From NCBI GenBank assembly GCA_048213135.1, contig PS015039.1:101663-136784 (forward strand): a stretch of DNA of 35,122 bases, read 5' to 3'. The translations under genes and the position numbers were made by a program. Shown piece by piece: positions 1-11,640 of the stretch. The notes beneath the pieces were generated by a model. The model saw only the letters and a program-made list of their open reading frames with translations, was not told the origin of the DNA and ran no database searches. This DNA is from Reclinomonas americana ATCC 50394. Lineage: Eukaryota. Numbering within the stretch: the first letter of the stretch is position 1; each line of letters opens with the position of its first letter.

Positions 1-46
1 TTTATTTCCGCTCCACTCACAAGCCCACTATATGCGCTGCATGCAG

Positions 47-3000
47 GTGGGTCCCGTTTTGGTCAAGATCCGTGAGCGTGTGATCTTGTCGCAACTGGCG
101 TTGAGTGCCATGGGCACGTACGTCCCGGTTCGTGACGACAGCACGCGTACGCACTGCGCTGCGTGTATCGGTGAATCACGCTCATGGCCCGTGCGCACAC
201 AGACTGTTCGCTCTGCTCGCCCGTTGCAGCTGGATGCAGAGTCGCAACACCACTACTCAGCAAAAGAAACCGGTCCCATGGCGGAGCAATACAATAATGC
301 CTTTTGTCAGCTCTTTGTGGAGGATTCACGCTCGGAGGAGGAGCTGGGCTTGCGCCTCCGCTTCTCACTGGCAGACATGGACATGGCCATGGTGAAATGC
401 ATCTTTCACCACGCACTGCTGCAGTACCCAGAGTCGGCGTCCCTGCGCCTGCTGCAAGTGCAATACTTGGACGAAGTCGTGGATCGCCGACAGCAACATG
501 TGTTGGACGCACAGCTGGCATCCGTTGCGTACCACGCGCACACAACACAGGCACTCACAGGTGCAGAACGGCGTCGACTCACCTGCTTCCACAGTTGCTG
601 CGCGATGCACCGCCGACCAATGCCGTCGATTTCCGTTTCTTCATCCTGTCGTACCGACTGCGCAGTCTCGAGGCCGCAGCTGCCGACAATTCGCTGGAGT
701 TTTCCGTTGGCCAGCGACTCAGCCTCGCCAACCAGCTGCATGTACAGCTGTTGCACCTGATGGTCGAGTGCTGGTCTCTCAGCGCGGACGAATCAGGCAC
801 GGCAGACAAGAAGCGACTTGACGATGTGGTCGAGGACATTGGTGAGTTTGTGCACTTGTACGTCGCGCATGCACTCTCCATGACACTTGCCGCCGTCGAC
901 ACAGCTACGAACTCGACGCGTCTGAGCCGCATGTTCCGCTCCCTGCTGCGTGATGCTCCACACTCGTCACTGGTACTGCGGTCGTATTCCAAGTACCTGG
1001 ATGACATTGAACACGAGTTGCGTGTCTGCACACACCATACTACAACTGCAGCGACTGTGGTGTCTGACGCACAGGTGCACGCAGTGTGTACGCCTCACGC
1101 GCAGTGGCGCAGTACGCCGACTACATGGACGAAAACGTCGTCGAAGTAAGACGGCAGCGACGCTCACGCGCTCGGCGTGCAAGTCGGCACGATGCATCTG
1201 TGCTCACTCGCGAGTTACGCAATCCCACGTGATGAGAGCAGACGCCTTGAATGTGGTATTCATCCGCACCGTAATCAGTTGTTCTGGTACGACGCGTGAG
1301 CGGCGGAGCTCGACTCGCACGCTGAACAGCTCGCTGCCGAACTTGCAGTCCACTCCTCAGTCTTCGCCGATCAACCAAGCTGCCGTCGACGCCGACGACA
1401 ACAAGTCGCACCACCACGAGAGCAGCCCCGGTGACACAAAAGTCGCATTGTCACCTTCGGTCGCAGCCAATGGAGATAGTGACGACGACGATTGCACTGT
1501 GCAGCCAGCACGCGTACTTCCACCTGTGCGCACTCGCCGAGGACGGCCGGAGGCCACCCTGTGGGTTCCACCGCTGACTGTGACCACGCCCACTGTTCAG
1601 TCGCCACCACAAGCTGCTGCTTGCATCGAAGGTGTGACTGGTGTCGGCCGTGGTGCTGGCATCAGTGGCGAATGCGACGACGACGACGACGACAAGTGGC
1701 TCGCACAACACTTGCACCGACTGCCCGAGGTCCTTCTGGAGGCAAGCAGGGGTCACAATGTTGACGATAGTGACGATGACGACGAGGACGAAGACGAAGG
1801 TGGAGACGACGACAACCTGACTGCACTGGCCGGCCGCAAACAGAGCCTAGTGCCAGTCGGTGCATCGACACCGCTTCTGGCGGCACCTGGCGGGGTGCTC
1901 AGCCCAATTGCCACCATGGCCACTGCCGATGCCACTATCACTGTCACCACCACCACCACCACCGCCACCACAACCACCACCGCAGCAGCAAGCAGCAGCC
2001 CGCTCCACACCACCCTCATGAAACGGGACAGGGGCAGGAGTCTATTGGTGGACAACGCGGTGATGCGGCGACCAAGCTTTGATCTTGGTCGCATGCAGGG
2101 TGCTCCAGCGCAGAGGTGGACGCAGATTCGAGACAAGATGGCCCTCGGTGGCAGCCAGCCGGCCTCTGTGCAGGAACCGATATCGTTGCAGATGCTCAGT
2201 CGCCGCGAGTCCGGTCGCAGCATTGTCGACACATTTGTGGCCGTCCCTGCACGCTCCTCCTCGCTCAAGAGTATGCCTACTGTGAGCCCCCGCATCAACG
2301 GCCTGCTATTGCAATCACCGTCTGCCGCATTCAATGCCGACGGCGAGAACACCAGTGTGACGAGTGATGATGAATCATCCGACGACGACTCCGACGACGA
2401 CGAGCTGTCGCCGCTTGCCGTTCAAGGGCTTCGCAGAAATATGGGCAGCGGTACTGGTGCCGCCGGTGGTATCGGCAGTGCTGGCGGCCGTGGTGACGGA
2501 GCGCTTGACATTGACACCAGTGCTTCTGTGTCTACTGGGCTCGGTCGTGACTCTGGCGCCAGAGAGCTGTTTGCCGACGCCGACTACGGCGAGGTTCATG
2601 GCAGACACTACCGCCAAGGCAGTCGTGGCAACAGCAACATGTACGGATCCGCAGGCAATGCTGCTCCGTGGTCATTTGCGACACAGCGAGTTGCGTCGGT
2701 TACCACTGCCAGGGACTGTTGACATTGATGACACTCACGTGCACCTTGTGGGGCCGCAGAACCGGCAAGGCGCAACTGCACTGATGCCGGCCGTGCTGGC
2801 TGCGCAGCGCGACCAGATGCAGCAGGTGGATCTGAGGAACCGCCTGCTCTCAAAAGTCAACACTGCTCGCCTGCGTCTGCTGTTGTACACGGTATGTGTG
2901 AGGGTGCTGCGAGTGTCATGTGCACCAACAGACAGACGATCTCATCGCTGTTTGCAGCTCGGTCCTCTGTTGGTCGCTCTGGTAGCGGCTGTCGTGGTCT

Positions 3001-6000
3001 TTGTTGTGGCTTACTCGTCGGTGAACAAGGAGCTGTGCCTTGCCATCGAGATCACAGCCACGCAGGTCAAGATTGTTCCTGCGCACTACGCAAACTTCTT
3101 GTGGATGTACACGTGGAATGCTTATGGTCGTCTTGGTGAGTGGGGCACTCGTGTAATTGGGGTAATGCATTGTCGACACGTCTCACTCTCCGGTAGGCTT
3201 GTACTCCAACCTTGTCGGCAGTGTGGCCACTCTGGCCAGTGGGGCGATTGATACCGCATCGACTGTAGTGAAATCGTTTGGGGTCTACGTGGCCGCGTCT
3301 GGCGATCGAGTTGCGCACTTCGCTCTTGATGCTACCGCCACTGATGTTTTGCAACTGAAAAAAATTGTGTGCAGTTGTTCAGCATGATACAATCGTGGCG
3401 ACAGTACATGTACTCGCCTGATACGGCTCGAATCATCCTTGACATTCCAGTCGTCGTTACACACGCTGCAGGAAGCGTGCGTGACCACGCGTCAGTCACG
3501 ACGTCGAGCACCTTGTATTCATTTCTCGCCGAGCTGTCCGTGGTGTACAGCAACATGCTCTTGGTTCGCTGTCGCACTCATTCCTGTCTCTTGGTTTTGT
3601 TGATTTCTCATTTTGTCGGGTATTAGTGCCTGGTGCAAGGAGCACCAGTGGAACCGACAACGTGCGCCACGGCATTCCGCTTCTCAATGGACAACATGGA
3701 CGAGGTGACGCACGCTGTGCTGAATGCAACAATGTCGACGCGAACGGTATTACTACGACTGTCACCATCGCTGAGTGCTCATTACCCTGTGCTTACATTG
3801 TTTTGACGGCTGTTTTTTGTAGGATGTCTTGAGCGCAGCTCATTCGAGACTGATGACAATCGGAATTCTTGCCGCTTGTCTGCTGGTTCTGTTTGGTGTT
3901 CTGCTGGTGTTCGTAACGCTGCCGGTATACCGCAAAGTACTTCAAGAGAGGGAAATGTTGCGCGCAAGTGCTGTTTTGCGATTGATCTTCCCGACTTGTG
4001 CTCAATATATTGACAATGATAACGCAGCATCATGGACCTGTTCTCGGAGATCCCCGGCGCAGTGTTGCGACGCGTGTGTCGTCGGATTCGCAACAAGCTA
4101 ACTTCATTCGCTTCCGCGGGCCAGCTCGACCCCAACTTTAACGAAAGTGTGTTTACGGAGGGTCAGTGCGGTTCTGCCATCACATGGGTAGCACACTCGC
4201 TGTCGACATGTCTGCTAATGATCCGAGGGTGCACAGGATGTTGCGGAACTCGGTCGAGTTTGCGGAGTCAACTGCGGTGGGCTGTACTGATCACAGTTGT
4301 TTTGCTTGCTGCCTGCTTCGTTGGGTGGCTGCTTTTGGTGTACTCCTACAATGCTCACGAACGGATGCTGAGTGGTGACGCTCTGGCAACTGCGGTATGT
4401 GAATTGTGTCTTGTTCGTACTGCAATGACGACCACTGAAGCGGATCATCTGCTTGCATAGCATATCGATTTGCTGACATCGATGCTGGCAAACGATATTA
4501 TCCGACTTGCGTACGATACGAAAGCGGCGGAAGCTGATGTGCGGTGTGTGGCACTGTTTCTGACATTTGCAATACTCGTTTCTGCTTGAAGGGCTCAAAC
4601 ACTCGCAATATGTGCACACAGGGAAGACACTGCGGCCACTCTATCCTTAGCGCGGGCGGCGTGGGATCGCGTGATGTTTGGCAACGGCGAGCCATCGTCG
4701 AGCCTCCTGCACCGCAGTCCAGGATACGAGAGGGTCTGTGTATCTTCGCTCAGTTTGGCATGTTTTCTGCGCATTTTGCTGACTGTGCTAATGCATTCTT
4801 CAGTTATTCGTGGGCGAGTGCTGGCTGCCCACCCTGTCGCCTTGCACACCACTGCCTAACTTGGACACCACACTCCACACCGTCTTCTCACTGGCATCGT
4901 CGCTGATCCAGCGGAGTTCGATCCGTGGCACGGACCTCCTTGCTGTGCCGGAGTGGAATCCCTTAAGTTTGTGATTTTTCTCCCCTAACACACTGCATAA
5001 TCTGCCACCTTTACTCACGCACGTGTTTACGTGCATTTTCAGTTAACGCTATCATGCTCGAGCAACAGCAAACGGAGATGATGCTCGCCGAGACCATGGT
5101 GGTGCGTTTTCTGTTCGCAAGTGGTGCCAGTTTCAGAATACACGCACTCACTGTTCGCACGCAGCTGTACCAAAACACCACGACATGGCACATGACCCTC
5201 AGCATCGTTGCTTTGTGTGCGGCACTCTGCTTGCTTTTTCTTCTCTTCTGGTTTGTGTGGCGTCCCCTCATTGCCGAGCTCAGTGACATGGTGAGTGTTT
5301 GCTTGGGATGGTGCTCTTCCGTTGCGCTGGAGTTGACAGCTTCTCTCTCTCTCTCGCCAGATGCGCTACACGACAAATCTGTTGCTGCAACTGCCTCTGG
5401 CCGTCATCGACTCGGTACCACGAATTCACGCATATGTGGCTGACGACGCGCACACTCTGCGCAAAGACCTGGCCAAAGCCGTGGTAGAAAAGCATCAGAA
5501 GATGCTAACAGTTCTCAGCACTGCTGCCGACGGTTTCATGGAGTTTGACGAGCACGGCTGTGTTCGACAGCTCAACAAGGCAGCCGAAGTGCTGCTTGGA
5601 CTGCCTGCGACGCGCTTGCTGGGCGATGGGGTGCGAGAGAGTGCTACTACAAATGTTCCTCAGCAGCCCTGACTGACGTGCTTGCATGTTGTCTGACAAC
5701 CAGATGAAGCAAGTGTTCGACGAGCGCAGCCTGAACGAAATTCGTCTGGAGGTCCAGGAATTCCTCAAGAGTCGTGCGCCTTCTCGAGCATTCAAGCGGC
5801 AGGTTCGCGTGTTCGCAGTTGAGCTTACTGGGCGACACTTGCCTCACAGCCGATTTCAGATGACATGCATCCACTGGGACTCGTTTGTTTCGGATGCTGA
5901 TGCGTCTGTCTTGGATGCGGACACTCTCGCGGAGAGAGAGCTGTGGAATGACGATATTGACACGCAGCCGCACGTACAGTACACGAAGCCAAGATTCAGC

Positions 6001-7410
6001 ATGTTTCCTGTGTGGGTGAGTTGTATCTAGTCTCTACGCACAGGAAGTCAATCCACTGTGTATATGTGACGCTCACTGTGTTGCGCGACGTGGCAGATCT
6101 CGTTCCACTTCGGGTACATTGGTTCCACGCCAGTATTTACGTGTTTCTTCCACGACCGCACGAACGAACTCAAGCGGGAGCAGCAGCTGGAAGAGGAGAA
6201 GCTCAAGTCGCACGAACTGCTGCTGAACATTCTTCCGAGCCGAGTGGCAGTTCAGTTGCAAGTGCACGGCAATGATCGACCCATTGCCGAAATCCACGAG
6301 TATGCTTCAGTGCTGTTGCGTCTCCACTTGTTGCTGTCATGCTCGACTCTTGCGCCTTTGCGAAAAACTCATCGCGCCCTGTTCCGATAGGTTCCTTGAC
6401 ATTGTTGGTTGGTGTTCGCGTAATGTCGCACGAGCCGCGTATCGCTGTTGAGTTTCTCAACGCCGCTCCTTTCGCAGGTTTCACCGAGCTGTCCTCCAAC
6501 ATCTCATCCATTGAGCTTGTGGAACTGCTCGACACGCTGTTCTCCATGTTTGACGAAATCGCCGACGAACAAGAAGTCATCAAGGTCAAAACGATTGGCG
6601 ACTGTTATATGGCGTGCAGCGGTTTGCAGGCTGGTGACATTGGCAGCGCTGCCGAAGCGGCCAGGAACCTAGTAGAGGCCGCCATTGGGTTCATCACCAT
6701 TGCGTATGAAAATTTCATCTCGGTGAGAGCAAGAGACTAACCGCTGCCACAAGCCACAATGTACTCACAGTTTTTTTCACGTTGGGACGCAGGTTCGCGT
6801 GGGAATCCACACCGGGCCGGTCACAGCCGGTGTGATTGGTCGAAAACGCTTCCAATGGGACTTGTGGGGCGGTGAGTCACACTAATCGTCGCAGACGAAA
6901 GGTTTCCATGTTGTACTCACCTCGTTCCATGCACCAGACACTGTGTACATGGCGTCGAGCATGGAAAGCACCAGTGAGCCGATGCAGCTGCAAGTCAGTT
7001 CCGCCACCTACGAACTCGTTTGCTCCGACTATGCCTTCGAGGAGCGGCAGGTGCAAATCAAAGAGACGGACACGCAGACTGCTTACCTACTTACGGGTCG
7101 CATCGACAACGGAGTCGTCGTGAGTCTCTATGAGACTCCAGAGAAACAGCAGCAGCCGCAGCCGCCACCGCCACCACCATCTGTGCGCGGTCGTGCAGCA
7201 TCGCCGATCAGCATGTCGGGCTTCGGATCGCCGCAGTCTTTTGTTGCCACACCGTTGCACCAGAGCTCCCCACATCAATCGCAGCAGCAGCAGCAGCAGC
7301 AACAACAACAACAGCCACAGCAAATACCAGTTCCGCAGCCATCTCAACGCAACCTCTTGAGTGTGAGAGCACTAGAGGTATTCGCAAGTGACACCAATCA
7401 CCCGTGGTGA
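47..7410 (+). CDS. Multi-exon TmcB/TmcC-like membrane protein with PAS domain and C-terminal class III (adenylyl-type) cyclase domain; 5' end lies upstream of the window
   Basis: Spliced exons give TmcB-like helical repeats (AVDFRFFIL..., [29 protein letters not shown]), a low-complexity linker (1279-2689) and several hydrophobic TM segments (about 2960-3020, 3860-3920, 4280-4345, 5195-5260). Then PAS ([29 protein letters not shown]...FTCFFHDRT), coiled coil [18 protein letters not shown], and cyclase motifs [53 protein letters not shown]. Stop TGA at 7408-7410. Confidence 0.88.
6391..6407 (+). other. 17-nt microexon of the cyclase gene encoding (L)FLDIV(G), including the first metal-binding Asp
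   Basis: Flanked by ...CGATAG (6390) and GTTGGT (6408). Inclusion joins YASVL to GFTELSS in frame and restores the canonical motif. Confidence 0.85.
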
Positions 7411-7495
7411 TGTAACCATAATTAAAAAAACGTAGTACAACATTAGCAACTGCATCGACATCATCGGCATGCATTTTCCCTTGTCTGCTCGGCTG

Positions 7496-9395
7496 CTACA
7501 ACTGGAGCTGCCCCGATGGCTGGTTGGCCGCGTCGGAGAGATCGAGAGTAACGTGGTGACATCTGTGGAATCGTGAGCATGCGAGTGAGAAGAGCACGTG
7601 TTGCACGCACGCAGAAAAGATGAGCGGGTCTCCCACCTTCCGTACGTGTCCACCACGCCATACACCGGTCGTGTTACCACCACTCGTTCGTTGGCTATAG
7701 GCGCCAACAGTTGGCCGTTCACCACTGGCCTCACCACGTTGTCCGCGTACAGCCGGAGGCCCACCAGCGACCCTATCGCCCGTTCTTCAGAATCGCTGTA
7801 CGTGACGACACCGGGAACACCTGCGAGGTGCGTGTAGGCAGGAGTGAGGAGCGTGGCGACTTATAGACGAGCACACGCAAACGTCGTACCACTGCATGTG
7901 GACGGCACTTCAAACGTTTCTGGCGGTGCGTTGGTGAATCCGATTGACAGAGCACCACTCCAACCGCGTTGCATGTGGAGCACTCGCACCGTGAATTCGA
8001 CGTGAACCACATTCCCGCTCTCATCAGCCTCGCACAGCTCCTACGCATTTGACAAACACATGCAGTGGTGGTGTAAGCGATTGATTCTGCGGTCCCACGA
8101 TTTTTTCATGCCAGCTGCAGCACAATAACACAACTGGGAGCGGTTCCGCAATCATGGCCACCGAGTTCATGAACGGAGACGGTGACGCCTCCAGGCGACG
8201 GAGGTGAAGATTCTCTCCGGAGAGTCGTGCATTGGTTCCCTTCTTGGCGGGGTCGAAGAACAGCTGCGCCTTTAGCCGGTTGATAACTGTCACCGGCAGA
8301 AGAAAATGGTCAGCACAACTTGCAGCAGCACCTCGCAGTCGACGGCGCCACGAAACTCTTCATCGCATTCTCCACCGAGGGCGCCAGATCGGGGAACTCC
8401 TTCACGAGAGCAGTCATGTGGTCCTCGATGCCGAGATCACGCAGCGCGCGTGCATTGCGCTGCGTTTCTGTGTGGTTGCTGCGACGTCAGTGCACGACAC
8501 ACGAAGAGGGAGAGAAAAGCCCACCACACGCAGCTGCTGACAGCATTGTGCACGGCGCACACTGCCTCTCGTGCAATGTCCACTTGATGACACTGCAACA
8601 TGTCGAGCAGCGTGGCAAACACCGTGTCCACATCCGACAACCACGCTCGAACGTCGTCATCTGCTGAAGGTGAGTCTCCATCCAGGGGCGGACGCAAGAC
8701 AGCAGCCAAGACACACGTACCGTGCGTCAGGTTGCGAAGAATGGCGGCCGCGTGCACCCGCACCGCCACATCCGCCGACTCGCGCAGCACACGCAGTGTC
8801 ACCTCCAGCCCTCCGGCCTCCACAAAGTCGCCGACAGCCACGTGACACGCGGCAATCGCATTACGCACGGCTCCCATCAGCGGCGACAACAGCACAGAGG
8901 CACGAGGGGACGACGAGGAGCAGCAGGTCTCCAGAAGCCGCACCACGGCACTCGGACCATTCATCATGGCAAATGCGCATTTCGCTGGCTTGTTCTCTGC
9001 ACACACACACGCACATGATCAGCTGGGCCACCACCAAGCAGCAACCGGGGCACATGTACGCGCATACCATACAGTGTCACCCACAGTGCAACAGCAGCAG
9101 CCACACGTGGATCATCATCGTCACCACCACCACCACCTCTGACACTATCACTGCACAACACACTCAGCAGCACTCGCAGCAGATCATCCACATGCGCGGA
9201 TTCGCCTGCCAGCCTCAGCCGATCCTCCATGGCACCTGCGCACATACGCACATGCACACACAGTGAGTGTGAGAGTGAGTGCCGGAAAAAACTCCTTCGT
9301 CTCTCCCTCTCATAACTTGTGAGCATGGCCTGTGTGAATCGCTGCAGCGACTGTGCGCTGCGGTCCACCACTGCCTTTACGCACTCTTCCAACAT
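7496..9395 (-). CDS. ARM/HEAT-repeat protein with a C-terminal Neuralized homology repeat (NHR) domain; 8 exons
   Basis: ARM-like segments (FVEAGGLEVTLRVLRES...HAAAILRNL; IAREAVCAVHNAV). Spliced C-terminus LFFDPAKKGTNARLSGENLHLRR...FMNSVAMIAEPLP|...FTVRVLHMQRGWSGALSIGFTNAPP...VVNGQLL...PVYGVVDTYGR|CHHVTL matches the NHR pattern. Stop TAG at 7496-7498. The start ATG at 9395 is tentative. Confidence 0.75.
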
Positions 9396-9454
9396 GGCAC
9401 AGACAGACAGGGACAGGAGGAGCACGCAGGACACTAGTGTATTCCACTTTTGTC
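9396..9454. promoter_or_regulatory. Putative very short bidirectional intergenic region between the ARM-NHR gene and Gemin5
   Basis: Only 59 nt separate the divergent ATGs at 9395 (-) and 9455 (+). Confidence 0.4.
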
Positions 9455-11240
9455 ATGCGGCGTCTGCACGCACAGCGATGCCTGCTGCCTTCGCCCAACT
9501 GGTACACCTTTGCAGGCGCCGACTACGTCGCGTTTGCCGATGATGAGCACGTGGAAGGCGTGTGCACAACAACTTGCTTTTTTTCTGGATGTTTCCTCAC
9601 TCACACTTTTGCTTCGTTGTGCAGTGTACTGTGCGGATGACTTGTCTGGTGGTGGTGGTGGTGGTGGCGAAGGAGGAGAAGGGGGAGGTGCAGTGTCGGA
9701 GGATCCAGTGACGGGCTTGTTTGCATTTGCCAGTCGCAACACGGTGTTTGTGTTGCCTGTGTGTCAGCGAATGAGTGATGGCGCTCGTCGGGTGTGTTGC
9801 ACTCTCGCTCTGTATGTGTTTGCTAAAGTGGGCGTGCGATTCCCTCGGTGCTGATCATGCATGAATTGCATTTTCTTGTTGTAGGGCACTGCTGAAGGAC
9901 GTGCGCCGCGTGTGCAGCACTACTTTGGGCCACTGTGGCGGGAACTCGAGGGCCACAGCAATCGAGTCAACAGCGTGGCTTTGTTTCGCGATGCAGAGGT
10001 CGGGGCGCGTCGCATTGTTGGTGACTTGTGTGCCTCATCTCATCTCGTTCTTGTGTGTGCGTGTGTGCTGCAGGGCGTGATCCGGTGCATTACGGCGTCG
10101 GCCGACAAGAGTTTGCGGTGCTTCGATGTGGAGTCGTCGCACTGCGAGCGTGTGCTGCAGTCGTCGAGCAAGTCTGAGTTTCAGGCCATGTCTCGCTCGC
10201 CGGTGACGCCGCAGGTGGTGGTGGCCGGATGCAAGAATGGTGCGTTGACGGTGTGGAACTGTCTCACCGGCGACGGGCACACCTTGAATCCGGATCCCAG
10301 CGGATCGATCTGTTCGGTGGCCTGCTCACCTGTGCATGAAACCATTGTGGCCGTCGGCTACACCAGTGGCACCGTGCTGATTGTCGACACGCGGACTGGC
10401 GCCGTGCCGCACAAGTTGTTCAACCACAAAGATGAGGTGCAGGGCTTGTGTTGGCGACCGCGTGGCAGCGGGCCTCCGGCGGCCATGTCCGACGACATGA
10501 TGTTGGTGTCGGGCAGCCGCGAAAAGTCGATTCACGTGTACCGCTTGTCCACCCGTTCCCGGCGACCGGATCGGGCCTCGAGTGGAGGTACGAGTCGGCT
10601 TGTGTTCTTGTTCTCCAGGCGCGCGCGCTCACATGTGCTGTCGATTGCGAATCAGGGTCGTGGAGGAATCCGCCGGCCGCGACCACTGAAGTTGCGTCGA
10701 CTTTGCCGCAAGTGCATCACATTCAGCTTCGCGAACCCCATCTCATGCGCACTCCTTGTTTCTCTTGCTCGCATGCATAGATCCTGACGGCGGAGGAGTG
10801 GTGCGCGGCCAGCTCTGTCGACGACGTGCAGCACAGCATTGTGCCCAAGTCGTTGCAGAAAGGCACGCGCACAATCAATAGCTCCGCGTGTATGTGTGTG
10901 CGTGTGTGTGCGTGTGCTCACGGACGACGTCGCTGCAGGCAAAGCACTCACGGAGGCGCAAAAGTCGCGGCTGTGGATCACAGTGCAGTGGGTCCCCGAC
11001 ACGAACTCGTTTGTCAGCTCGGGTCTCATGTTGCGTCCCCTTGTGGTGTTTTTCGGACTTTTCCGGTGGATCTCACCGCACGGTGTTCCCTCCCACAGGG
11101 GTGACGTGTACCTGTGGGACGTTGGGCGTCGCAGACCGGTGCCGTACTCGAGTCCGCACTCGCGTTGTGTGTTTCACTTGGCGGCAGATGCGCGATGGAA
11201 CAAGCTGCTTACTGTGTCCATGGATCGAACGGTGTGCATT

Positions 11241-11315
<75 letters not shown>

Positions 11316-11565
11316 TACGTCGCGTAGTCGTTCTTCGTCGTCGTACGGTACCGGACCGAAGGGCGGTAGTTACGGTTACGGTACGAGCGAGACGAGGGAC
11401 GAGGAGGACGCACGCGACGGACTACGTAGTGTTACTTCCTTACGTTNNNNNNNNNNNNNNNNNNNNGGTCCGGACGACGTAGTCGGCGGACGTACGGTAC
11501 GAACGACGTACGTCGTACTTCGTTGTCGTACGTACGTAGTACGTACGGTACGGTGTCGTACGTCG

Positions 11566-11640
<75 letters not shown>

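Noticed and set aside
6080-6085. GTTGCG occurrence as a possible donor
   Set aside because: It lies near the 3' end of the GTGAGT intron 6016-6097 and is not needed for the frame, so it was excluded from the count.
11313-11567. Odd TACG/CGTA-rich quasi-palindromic sequence either side of the N-gap
   Set aside because: It lies between two long (GT)n runs and cycles T-A-C-G, as expected from dephased pyrosequencing read ends. It is most likely an artefact, not an element.
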